From an uncultured Gammaproteobacteria bacterium (lineage in GTDB: Bacteria; Pseudomonadota; Gammaproteobacteria; SZUA-229), in assembly GCA_963721085.1 (NCBI GenBank), contig CAVRHW010000026.1, forward strand, positions 12,302 to 76,301: DNA of 64,000 bases, in the 5' to 3' direction. The position numbers were made by a program, and so were the translations under genes. Shown piece by piece: positions 34,141 to 45,637 of this stretch (the first letter of the stretch is position 1; the number at the start of each line of letters is the position of its first letter). The notes under the pieces were generated by a model, which was not told the DNA's origin, made no database searches, and saw nothing but the letters and a program-made list of their open reading frames with translations.

Positions 34141-35073
34141 GTGGCTGGTGTCATGTCCCGATTCGATCAGATAGCCGAACACGAACAAGCGCGTATCGAG
34201 CAGTTTTGTGACCATCTCTGGATGGAGCGCGGACTCAGTCAGAATACCCTCGCTGCATATCGAAATGATATTGCTGCCACTGCACAATATCTGCATCAGC
34301 ACGGTGTGAAACTGGAAAAGGCTAGCGCGATTGATTTGCAGAGTGTGCTGACAGGGATTTTTCAGGCGGGTGGAAAAACGCGTTCGGCAGCACGATTGCT
34401 GTCCAGTCTGCGTCGATTTTATCGTTATCTATTGCGCGAAAATGTAATCGCTCAGGATCCGACGCAATTGCTGGAATCCCCCAAAAGCGAACGCGCAATT
34501 CCGGCGACCCTGAATGAAACACAGATCGACTTATTGCTCGAAGCGCCGGATATCGAAACCGAGCTGGGTTTGCGTGATCGTGCCATGCTTGAATTGCTGT
34601 ATGCCACCGGCCTGCGCGTGTCCGAACTGGTGGGATTGCAGCTGATGCAGGTCGCACTCGACCCTGGGGTGCTGCGTGTTATAGGCAAAGGTGACAAGGA
34701 GCGCCTGGTGCCTGTCGGTGAAAATGCGTGCGACTATTTGCAGCGTTATTTGCACACCGCGCGCCCGGCCCTGATGCAAAACAGATCGCCCGTCGATGCG
34801 GTTTTTGTCACCCGGCGCGGCGCAGCCATGACTCGCCAGGCGTTCTGGTACATGATCAAGCGCTATGCCGCAAAGGCCACCATCTCACCGAGTGCATTAT
34901 CGCCCCATACTTTACGCCATGCTTTTGCCACGCATTTACTCAATCACGGTGCGGATTTGAGAGTGGTGCAAATGCTGCTGGGCCATTCTGATATTTCGAC
35001 CACCCAGATTTATACCCATGTCGCTGATCAGCGATTACGTGATATTTATCAGAAACACCATCCGCGTGCCTGA
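34141..35073 (+). CDS. xerD: site-specific tyrosine recombinase XerD
   Basis: RGLSQNTLAAYRNDI ... HTLRHAFATHLLNHGADLRVVQMLLGHSDISTTQIYTHV. Sits in the xerD-dsbC synteny. Confidence 0.9.
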   Translation: MAGVMSRFDQIAEHEQARIEQFCDHLWMERGLSQNTLAAYRNDIAATAQYLHQHGVKLEKASAIDLQSVLTGIFQAGGKTRSAARLLSSLRRFYRYLLRENVIAQDPTQLLESPKSERAIPATLNETQIDLLLEAPDIETELGLRDRAMLELLYATGLRVSELVGLQLMQVALDPGVLRVIGKGDKERLVPVGENACDYLQRYLHTARPALMQNRSPVDAVFVTRRGAAMTRQAFWYMIKRYAAKATISPSALSPHTLRHAFATHLLNHGADLRVVQMLLGHSDISTTQIYTHVADQRLRDIYQKHHPRA

Positions 35074-35160
35074 GCCTGGTATCTCTGGCGGCGGGAATTA
35101 ACTATACTATCGGCTGTCTACTGGTGTATCCGGATTACCCGCCGTCAACTTGAGTTTTTT

Positions 35161-35883
35161 ATGAAATACCCTGTTTTTATTATCGTTCTGCTTGGCAGCT
35201 TGCTGTCAGTTCCTTCCTATGCTGAGGGCACGGATCCGGGCGTTACTCAGCTTAGAAACGCGCTGTCCAGGCAGTTGCCGAATGCGGCCATCACTCAGAT
35301 CAAGCCCACGCCCATCAAGGGCCTGTACGAGGTCATCGTTGGCAGCCAGCTGGTCTATATGAACGCAGATGCCAGTTATTTTATCGATGGCGATATGGTG
35401 CAAATGGCCACCCACAAGAATATGACCGAAGCGTCGAAGGCGATCATTCGCCTCGACAAGATCAAAGATTATCCAGAAAGCAAAATGCTGGTTTACACCC
35501 CGCCGAAAAAGGTCAAACACACCATCACCGTGGTGACAGATGTGTACTGCCCGTATTGCCGCCGCCTGCACAGCGAGATGAACCAGTATATGGCCGATGG
35601 CATCAAGGTGCGTTATATCTTTATGCCGCTGAAAGGCCAGCAGGACTATGATGCGACGGTCAGTGTCTGGTGTGCAAAAGACCGCCACAAGGCGCTGGAT
35701 ACAGTGAAGGCGGGTGGCCGCATTGAAGCGAAAACCTGCAAAAACCCGATTGACGAACAATTCAAACTGGCGCGTTCGCTCGGCGTCAATGGTACCCCGG
35801 CGATCATTCTCGAGGATGGTGAGATGCTGCCGGGTTATGTCCCCGAGAAACAGTTGCTGAAAAGGCTGGATACAAAATCCTGA
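35161..35883 (+). CDS. dsbC: thiol:disulfide interchange protein DsbC
   Basis: Signal peptide and the CPYC active site (VVTDVYCPYCRRLH). Confidence 0.85.
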   Translation: MKYPVFIIVLLGSLLSVPSYAEGTDPGVTQLRNALSRQLPNAAITQIKPTPIKGLYEVIVGSQLVYMNADASYFIDGDMVQMATHKNMTEASKAIIRLDKIKDYPESKMLVYTPPKKVKHTITVVTDVYCPYCRRLHSEMNQYMADGIKVRYIFMPLKGQQDYDATVSVWCAKDRHKALDTVKAGGRIEAKTCKNPIDEQFKLARSLGVNGTPAIILEDGEMLPGYVPEKQLLKRLDTKS

Positions 35884-35935
35884 AACAGCTGTGACCCTGT
35901 TTTGAACAGGCACAGGGGTCTGCTGACAGGTTGAC

Positions 35936-38900
35936 TTACTGCAGCCAGATCAGCTGTTGTGAGGCAGTAAATAACACTCCGGTTTTGATCGTGTGATTCG
36001 GCCATAAACCCTGTACCCCTTCACGATATAAAGCCAGCTGCCGGGAAAACGCCTGGGCTGCAGACGCGGCCACTGACGGGTCGTCAAACTGGTGGGTTTT
36101 GTAGTCCACCAGCAATATTTCTTTTTCGCTCACGACCAGCCGGTCGATAATCCCGTACACATCCTGGTTCTGATATTGATCCTGGTGCCGATACAGAATC
36201 GGCAGCTCGTTAAACGCCTGCGCGTTGTGCGCCTGAAAAATAGCAGTGCACGCTGGACTGGTGATGGTGGTGCGCGCTTCTTCGCACCAGGCGCGCAGTC
36301 GCTCATCCTGTTCCGGGATACAGAATTCATTCCGCCAGTTGTGTTGCTGAGCGCAGGGCCATCAATGTTGCGCGTGCACAGCAGTTCGAGTGCGCGATGA
36401 ATTACCCGCCCGCGCAGTCGCGCATCAACATCTTCGATCGTGCCACTGTGCTCTGTCGAGTGATCGCTACGGCTGGGTGCGATGCTCATAACCGGTCGCG
36501 GCAACTGGGTGAACGGACGACGCAGCTGGTCGAGTAGCTGCGGATCAAAATCGATCCGGGCTGGAACGCTGGCCGGGTCAGTGCGTTTTTGAACACCGCT
36601 GTCAGGATCACCCACGCTGTAACGCATCACGTCTTCAGGATCGGCATCGCTGAGTGTTTGCATGCCTTTTTGCAGCAGCGTTGGCCAGCGACCAGTGCGA
36701 CTACTGCTCGCGCCCGAAATATATAAAAACTGGCGCGCACGCGTGATCGCGACATACAGCAGGTTCAGATTTTCACGTTCCTGCGCCAGCGCCCTGTTTT
36801 GCTGTATCGCACTGGTGATGCTGTCGGTATTCGCCCGGCTCAGGGCGAGCTGAAAAATAGTGGGACGCGCACTTTCCGCAGGCCAGTCGACCAGCGTGCT
36901 GTAGGCATCATTATGACTGTTCGCACTGTTGCAGTCGGCGAGAAAAATAACCGGTGCTTCCAGACCTTTGCTGCCATGAATCGTCAGAAAGCGCACACAG
37001 TCAGGACTGTTGTTCACCGGTTCATCGGGCGCGCTGTCATCGGACTGGCGCAAGGTGCGCAGGCGGTGCAAAAAATGCGTCAGGCTTGGATAACGACCGC
37101 TGTCGATATCCAGCGACAATTCCAGAAACGAATGCAGGTTCGCGCTCACGCGTTGTTGCTGATCGTCCGGCACCGATGCGTGATAGCGTGCAATGATATT
37201 GCCTTCGGCAAAAATACGGTCGAGCAAATCGTGTACCGGAATGGTATCCGCCAGTGCGCGCCAGTTTTGTAACAGACGCGCTGCACGCGCCAGCGGATGC
37301 GTGCCGGCAAATGATTCGGCGATGCTCAAAAGCCGCGGATACCAGCGCTGTTTACCGGGCATGCTCGCCAGCGTGATCAGGTCCTCATCGCTGGCCGCGA
37401 AGATCGGTGATTTCAGTACCTGCGCCAGCGCCAGGTTGTCGAACGGGGTGATCAGGGTATCGATCAGTTTTTCCATGTCCTGGATTTCAAGATTCTGCAA
37501 CAGGCTTCCGCGCTGGCTGCCAATGAATGGAATCTGCTGGCGACGCAATGCATTTTCATACGCGGCGATATGGGTACGATTACGGCTCAGAATCAGAATA
37601 TCACCGTAGCTGGCTTTGCCGCTGTTCACCAGTTGGGTAATTTCAGTCCGCGATCCATTGTGCTTCTTTATCGTGTGCGCTCGGCGGCGCATCGGGTCTG
37701 GGTTGTAACAGCGGATTGCGCAAACCGGTCAGTGTGATGTCTTCGACCTCGTCGGGCTCAAACAGAGGCATCAGGGTGACACTGCCGGGTAATTGTTTCA
37801 GATGCGTGTCGTGCCGGCTGAAGCCGGGCAGGTGTTGTCTGATTTCATCGCTATCGAATACCGCATTGACATAATCGATGATCGCGGGTGATGAGCGTCG
37901 GGACGAATCCAGTGGTGCAGAAACCGCGTTAAGATGTTCTGCCAGCCAGCTGGATGCCTGTGCCTGCAGGGCCGGGTTAGCGCGTCGAAATGCATAGATC
38001 GACTGTTTTTCATCGCCGACCAGAAACACGCTGCGCCAGCGTGCTGCTTCAGCCGGCCGCCATTTCTTCCAGCAACGGTGCAAGCAAATGCCATTGCGTG
38101 GGATTGGTGTCCTGAAATTCATCGATCAGGATATGGTCGATGCGTTGATCGATTTTGTACTGCACCCAGAGCGCATTGTCAGAACTGTTGAGCAACTGAT
38201 AACAGTTCCATTCCAGGTCGGTGAAATCGAGCAGGCGTTGTTCGCGTTTCAGGCGCTGAAAGCTATCGATCAGACGCGCGCCGGCAAAATACCAGGCACA
38301 ATTGATTCTGACACTCTGCTGACGCTGCTGTTGGTCAATGCAGGTGAGTATTTGCTGGCAAATCAGTTCGTGCAGCTCAAGAAAACGCGTTTCACCGTCC
38401 ACACCCATGTTTTTCTGCTGAGACTTGCTGGATTTGCGCGCACGCGGCGTGTTTTTTTCTGTCAGAAAGGCGACACGTATTTTATTAAAGTCGCTTAAAT
38501 CGAATTCTACGCGTTCTGACACGCTTTCGATCAATGCAGCGTGTTTTTCATTGGTTGCATTGCTGTGTTTGCGCAACAAAATCGCGAATTCGCGTAAATC
38601 TTGCTGCATGAGTGTATTAAAAAACTCGACAAGCGGATCCATCGTGTTGTCGAACTGCAAATGTGCCTCAAGGGTGTTCTGCGCGAACAACACCGGGTCG
38701 CTCTGGTGTTCGGTATAGGCCCACCAGTCGCTGCGATGATCGAGCATGCTGAACAGCGCAGTGCGTGTGTTTGCCGGGCCGTTGGCTGCAATCATCAACA
38801 CATCCAGCGCGGCTGCAAGTTCGTCATCGGGTGTGCGCGTGGCTTCGGCGAACAATGCTTCCCAGGCCTGTTGCATTAACAGACCGGGATCATCGAGCAG

Positions 38901-39428
38901 TTCAAAACCGGGCGGGATATCGGCTTCCAGTGGAAACCGCGACAGTATGTCCTGACAGAACGAATGAAAGGTATTCAGTCGCACCGGGTACAGCGCGTGT
39001 AGCAGTTGTTCATAAAGACTGCGCGCACGCGAGAGCGTTTCCTCTGAGGTGTCGGCATCGATTTGCTGTAACAGCGCCCTGAGTTCTTCGGTTTCGACCG
39101 TGGCCATCTGGTACAGCCGGTCGCGCAGACGCAACTGCATTTCGGCAGCGGCCTTGCGGGTAAAGGTCAGTGCCAGAATCGTGCCGGGTTCGGCGCCCGC
39201 GAGCAGCAGGCGCACGATCCGCGTCACCAGCAGCCAGGTTTTGCCGCTGCCCGCAGAGGCCGATACCGTGGCATTGATCTCGGGGCGGGTGGCGATCAGA
39301 CTCGGATCTGGCTGGGTATCAGGGCTGGCTTGCATGCCGCTTAGCATATAGCTTTCGCGACTGTGAAGAAACTGCTCTATCAGAGCTGTAACAATGTTCG
39401 GGCGATGCAGTACAATGCGGCTTTCCAC
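35936..39428 (-). pseudogene. UvrD/AddA-type helicase fused to a PD-(D/E)XK nuclease, broken by three frameshifts
   Basis: Walker A SASAGSGKTWLLV (ORF 38049..39428), VGDEKQSIYAFRRANP (37643..38122), helicase C-terminal half (36130..37692), and nuclease motif GIIDRLVVSEKEILLVDYKTH (35936..36160). Frame joins lie near 38050, 37645 and 36335. Confidence 0.8.
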
Positions 39429-39461
39429 ATTAGAAGAATGCAGCCATGCATCGAACCATAA

Positions 39462-41357
<1,896 letters not shown>

Positions 41358-41367
41358 GATAAAAACG

Positions 41368-41647
41368 TTTTCACCACAGAGACACGGAGAACACAGAGGA
41401 AAGCGTTTTTGGGGTAAAAGCAAAGGCTAAAGCGAAAGACAAAAAATTTTCACCACAGAGACACAGAGAACACAGAGTAAAAGCAAATATATTTGTTAAA
41501 ACACAGTCGCACTCTAGTTCGTCATCCCCGCGAAAGCGGGGATCCATTGGTTTATATCAAGGAAGACACTGGATTCCCGCTTTCGCGGGAATGACACACC
41601 AGGAAATAAGATGTTTTCTCCGTGTTCTCTGTGCCTCTGTGGTTCAA
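41368..41647. repeat. MITE-like repeat cluster (same family as 24010-24215), copy B
   Basis: Direct arms at 41368-41402 and 41447-41482 (TTTTCACCACAGAGACAC(G/A)GAGAACACAGAG..). Inverted arm at 41614-41645 (TTTTCTCCGTGTTCTCTGTGCCTCTGTGGTTC, identical to the arm at 24170-24201). Confidence 0.8.
41521..41595. repeat. pair of inverted GTCATYCCCGCGAAAGCGGGRATCCA hairpins nested inside the MITE-like element
   Basis: GTCATCCCCGCGAAAGCGGGGATCCA at 41521-41546 and its inverted partner TGGATTCCCGCTTTCGCGGGAATGAC at 41570-41595. Confidence 0.75.
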
Positions 41648-41700
41648 GCTTTTAAGAGTTTTAGCTTTCAAGTAAAAAATATCAACACTGAATAAAAATT

Positions 41701-43955
41701 ATGACTGACCAGACCAAAATTGATTTTGAGCACATAGAACAGCAGCCGATGTCGGTGTTCACCGAGAGGGCCTATCTCGATTATTCGATGTACGTGATTC
41801 TCGACCGCGCCTTGCCGTTTATTGGCGATGGTTTAAAACCGGTGCAGCGGCGCATTATTTACGCGATGTCCGAGCTGGGTCTGTCGGCCGGCACCAAGCA
41901 TAAAAAATCGGCGCGCACCGTCGGTGACGTGCTGGGTAAATACCATCCCCACGGTGACAGCGCCTGTTACGAAGCCATGGTGCTGATGGCGCAGCCGTTT
42001 TCGTATCGTTATCCGCTGGTCGATGGCCAGGGCAACTGGGGTTCGCCGGACGATCCAAAATCCTTCGCTGCGATGCGTTACACCGAATCGCGGCTCGCGC
42101 CCTATGCCGAAACCTTATTGAGTGAACTGGGGCAGGGCACGGTGAAATGGACGCCGAACTTCGACGGTTCGCTGGAAGAACCCGAATGTTTGCCCGCGCG
42201 TTTGCCCAATGTATTGCTCAACGGCGGCACCGGTATCGCGGTGGGTATGGCCACCGATATTCCACCGCACAATCTGCGCGAAGTCGCCAGCGCCTGTGTG
42301 CATTTGCTGGATGATCCCAAGGCCACGCTCGCCGATATTTGTAAACACATCAAGGGCCCGGATTTTCCCACCGAAGCCGAGATCGTTACGCCGCGCGCCG
42401 ATATCAAAGAACTGTACAAAACCGGCCACGGCAGCATTCGCCAGACGGGCGCGTTACGAAATCGAACACGGTGATGTGATCATCACCGCGCTGCCGTACC
42501 AGGTCTCGGGCAATAAAATCCTGGAACAGATCGCGCAGCAGATGCTGGCGAAAAAACTGCCCATGGTCGAAGACCTGCGCGATGAATCCGATCACGAAAA
42601 CCCGACCCGCCTGGTGATCGTGCCGCGCTCCAACCGGGTCAACATCGACGAACTGATGAACCATCTGTTCGCCACCACCGATCTGGAACGCAGCTATCGC
42701 GCCAATCTCAATATGATCGGCATCAATGGCAAGCCGCAGGTGAAAGACCTGCGCAGCCTGCTGGAAGAATGGCTCAAGTTCAGAACCGTCACCGTGCGCC
42801 GTCGTCTGCAATGGCGGCTGGATAAAATTACCGCGCGCCTGCACATCCTCGAAGGCTTGCTGGTCGCGTTTTTGAATATCGACGAAGTCATTGCCATCAT
42901 CCGCGAAAACGACAAACCCAAACCGGTGCTGATGAAACGCTTCAAGATCACCGACATTCAGGCCGAAGCCATCCTCGAATTAAAACTGCGCCATCTCGCC
43001 AAACTCGAAGAAATGAAAATTCGCGGCGAGCAGGAAGAACTCGACGCGGAACGCAAATCACTGGAAGCGCTGCTGGCTTCGGCCAAACGCCTGAAAACCC
43101 TGATCCGCAAAGAAATCATCGCCGATGCCGAAAAATACGGTGATGATCGACGTTCACCCATCGTTGCACGCGAAGCTGCGCAGGCGATGTCGGAAACCTC
43201 GTTGATTTCCAGCGAAGCGATCACGGTTGTGTTATCCGCCAAAGGCTGGGTACGCGCGGCCAAAGGCCACGAAGTCGATGCCGCCAAACTGGGATACAAG
43301 TCGGGCGACTCCTTGCTCGCCACCGCCCAGGGCAAAAGCAATCAGCTCGCGGTGTTCCTGGATCGCAGCGGACGCGCTTACACGCTTGCCCGCGCACAAA
43401 CTGCCATCGGCGCGCGGCCAGGGTGATCCGCTCACCAGTTATTTCACCCCGCCTTCAGGCGCGCAGTTCGTGTCGGTGGTGATCGGTGAACCGGATGAAA
43501 TGCTGTTGCTCGCGAGCAACTTCGGTTACGGTTTTGTCGCCAAACTCGGTGATCTGCACGCGCGCAATAAAAACGGCAAGGCGATACTCAATGTCGGCAA
43601 GCAGGCAAAAGCATTACAGGCGGCAAAAATTTCCGATCTCGACAGCGACCGCATCGTCGCAGTCAGTTCGGAAGGCCACATGCTGGTCACACCCGTCGCC
43701 GATCTGCCGCAGATGGCCAAAGGCAAGGGCAACAAGATCATCAATGTGCCTTCGGCCAAACTCAAGTCCGGTGAAGAACTCATCACTGCGATGACCGTGG
43801 TGCCGGCCGAATCGAAACTGGTGGTGCACAGCGGCAAGAAGTTCAAGCAGATGAAACCGGCAGAGCTGGATGCGTTTGCAGGGGAGCGTGGGCGGCGTGG
43901 GCTGAAGTTACCGCAGGGCTATCGCAATGTGGACAGGTTTGAGGTGACGGATTAA
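41701..43955 (+). pseudogene. parC: DNA topoisomerase IV subunit A interrupted by two 1-nt insertions (about 42440 and 43388)
   Basis: Three consecutive +1 frames: 41701..42474 (..[16 protein letters not shown]..), the part of 42209..43426 from [30 protein letters not shown].., and the part of 43227..43955 from [19 protein letters not shown]... Colinear with ParC as I recall it. Confidence 0.9.
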
Positions 43956-44019
43956 CTGCACAGCAGCTAATCCGTCATCCCCGAATCGGACTAATTGGCT
44001 GGGATCGAATTGAACGTGT

Positions 44020-44052
44020 GTCATCCCGGTATGCTTTTTAGCCGGGATCCAT
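44020..44052. repeat. GTCATCCC...GGGATCCAT hairpin repeat, adjacent to element copy 2
   Basis: GTCATCCCGGtatgctttttagCCGGGATCCAT. Confidence 0.7.
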
Positions 44053-44065
44053 ATTTTTAATCATT

Positions 44066-44097
44066 CAAAATCTAAAAGCGCGGGTGGTTGACCCGCA
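44066..44097 (-). terminator. Rho-independent terminator (minus strand) at the end of element copy 2
   Basis: Minus strand reads GCGGGU-CAACC-ACCCGC followed by GCUUUUAGAUUUU. Confidence 0.6.
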
Positions 44098-44301
44098 GCA
44101 AGTCACTTTATTTTGCTTGCCCAAAGAAAAGTAACCAAAAGAAACGGCACCCCAACAGCTTGCCCCATGTAAAAAACACATGGGGTTCCCATGTCACAGC
44201 ACTTCGCTAACGCGTCGTCTCGATGCGCGTCCTGCGCACGAGACTCAATCGGGCGTCCTGCCCGATTGCCGCTACCGAAGCACTGCGACATGGCAAGCTG
44301 T
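44066..44301 (-). ncRNA. structured RNA candidate, copy 2, with its own promoter and terminator
   Basis: Minus-strand fold: P1 ACAGCUUGCC/GGCAAGCUGU; a 16-bp P2; hairpins CAAUCGGGC-AGGAC-GCCCGAUUG and GUCUCG/UGCGC-AGGAC-GCGCA/CGAGAC; hairpin CCCCAUGU-GUUUUUU-ACAUGGGG; a U-run; hairpin GUUACUUU/AAAGUGAC. Terminator at 44066-44097. Confidence 0.65.
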
Positions 44302-44307
44302 AAGGGG

Positions 44308-44336
44308 ATTTTAAAAACGCATGTTTTCAGAAGCAA
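44308..44336 (-). promoter_or_regulatory. sigma70-type promoter of RNA copy 2
   Basis: Minus strand: TTGCTT (44336-44331), 17-nt spacer, TAAAAT (44313-44308). The predicted start falls at the first base of P1. Confidence 0.55.
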
Positions 44337-44389
44337 AAACAAACAACTTATGCCGTCACGCCAGTATTTTTTTTGTTTTATGTTCAGTA

Positions 44390-44719
44390 TCAGGCAGCTT
44401 TTGATCTGGTAGAAATGGCTTTTGCCAGGTCTTTTTGCGAAGCGCCCAGTGCCAGCAAAGATTTGATGAGAAGATCGATTGAAACCGATGCGGCACCGGT
44501 CTCCATTTTCGCCACTCTGGACTGGCTGGATTTGATCATTTTTGCAAAAGCATCCTGACTCAAACGTTTACGTTTTCTCAACTCTTTAAGGCTGTGGCTC
44601 AGAGACATTTTCATTTCAATGAATGTTTCTTCTTCAGGAGTCAGGCCCAGGAAATCAGCAGCTGTGCCAACCTTCCAGCCTTTTGCTTCCAGCTTTTTAC
44701 GTTTGGTCTGTTTCATCAT
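44390..44719 (-). CDS. higA: HTH (XRE-family) antitoxin, HigA-like
   Basis: 109 aa: LSQDAFAKMIKSSQSRVAKMETG helix-turn-helix. Overlaps the toxin gene by 23 nt and lies downstream of it. Confidence 0.75.
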   Translation of the reverse strand: MMKQTKRKKLEAKGWKVGTAADFLGLTPEEETFIEMKMSLSHSLKELRKRKRLSQDAFAKMIKSSQSRVAKMETGAASVSIDLLIKSLLALGASQKDLAKAISTRSKAA

Positions 44720-45038
44720 AATCTCTCAATCTGTCTTTACATACATCGATGACATTTTTAGGTGTTTTAGCGGTTTTCTTTTCAAACACTTCAAGAATGA
44801 CTATTGCATCGGTATCAATTCTGTACACGATTCTCCATGTTACATTTCTATCTGTAATCCGAAGTTCATGGCACCGTTTTCCAATGACAGGCATTGGCCT
44901 GGATTGCGGCAGGCTTAATATCTCGCCAATTTGCAGCTTTCGCAGCAGAAAGCCAGCCTCAATACGGGCTGCAGGAGAAAAGGGAGGTGTCTTTATCTCA
45001 CCATGCAGCCAGACAACAGCCTTGTCTATTGGATCCAT
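44697..45038 (-). CDS. higB: RelE/ParE-superfamily toxin, HigB/Gp49-like
   Basis: 113 aa: VVWLHGEIKTPPFSPAARIEAGFLLRKLQIGE ... CHELRITDRNVTWRIVYRIDTDAIVILEVFEKKTAKTP. The toxin-first order is typical of higBA. Confidence 0.75.
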   Translation of the reverse strand: MDPIDKAVVWLHGEIKTPPFSPAARIEAGFLLRKLQIGEILSLPQSRPMPVIGKRCHELRITDRNVTWRIVYRIDTDAIVILEVFEKKTAKTPKNVIDVCKDRLRDYDETDQT

Positions 45039-45196
45039 AGTGGAAAAGTATATGTCAGATATGACATATTTTCAAGTATGCGGCGCAATAATCAACGGGC
45101 ATTGCGCCGCATCGATCGATCTGCTGTCATCCTCGAACGATTCTGTCGAAGATCAAGTGTAGGTTGGGGTGAGGTACACGACGATCCCAGCGTGTC

Positions 45197-45227
45197 GTCA
45201 TCCCGATACGCTTTTTGTCGGGATCCA
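45197..45227. repeat. GTCATCCC...GGGATCCA hairpin repeat, adjacent to element copy 3
   Basis: GTCATCCCGAtacgctttttgTCGGGATCCA. Confidence 0.7.
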
Positions 45228-45282
45228 TCCATGTTTAAATTCACACTTAAGGGCTCTTTGCGCGTGTTAAATCGCAGCACTG

Positions 45283-45479
45283 CGACTTTATTCTACAGCA
45301 ACATAAAAAGTAACCAAAAAAATGCCGCCCAAACAGCTTGTTCCATGCAAACAACGCATGGAATTCCCATGTCACAGCACTTCGCTAACGCGTCGTCTCG
45401 ATGCGCGTCCTGCGCACGAGACTCAATCGGGCGTCCTGCCCGATTGCCGCTACCGAAGCACTACGACATGGCAAGCTGT
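45283..45479 (-). ncRNA. structured RNA candidate, copy 3
   Basis: The core is nearly identical to copy 2. One P2 substitution (C to U on the minus strand) converts a C-G pair to U-G. Hairpin C is replaced by UUCCAUGC-GUUGUUU-GCAUGGAA. Confidence 0.6.
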
Positions 45480-45637
45480 AAGGGGAGTTAAAAAACGCGT
45501 GTTTTCAGAAGCAAAGATTGACAGCATTAATCTGCAGCCCAAGCTTTGGGGTTGGTAAAATCGTTATATCATTAAACCTTCACAAACAAGTCTCAGAGGG
45601 TTAAAGTTCCTTCTCATGCTTGTGTTAACCATAAGGA

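Noticed and set aside
35206-35913. 235-aa minus-strand ORF
   Set aside because: Antisense to dsbC, which has a signal peptide and a CPYC motif.
44066-44301. Retron msr-msd interpretation (terminal inverted repeat plus hairpins)
   Set aside because: No reverse transcriptase gene is adjacent to any of the three copies.
44100-44340. Integron attC or gene-cassette interpretation of the three-copy element
   Set aside because: No complementary RYYYAAC/GTTRRRY core pair is present; only a single GCTAAC is seen. The unit is much longer than known attC sites. No intI is nearby. G-U-only pairing points to RNA rather than folded single-stranded DNA.
44191-44412. 73-aa ORF inside RNA element copy 2 (and the tail of 44931..45491 in copy 3, and 21681..21884 in copy 1)
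   Set aside because: Indels between copies change the frame and length, while stem pairing is preserved. Conservation is therefore structural, not coding.
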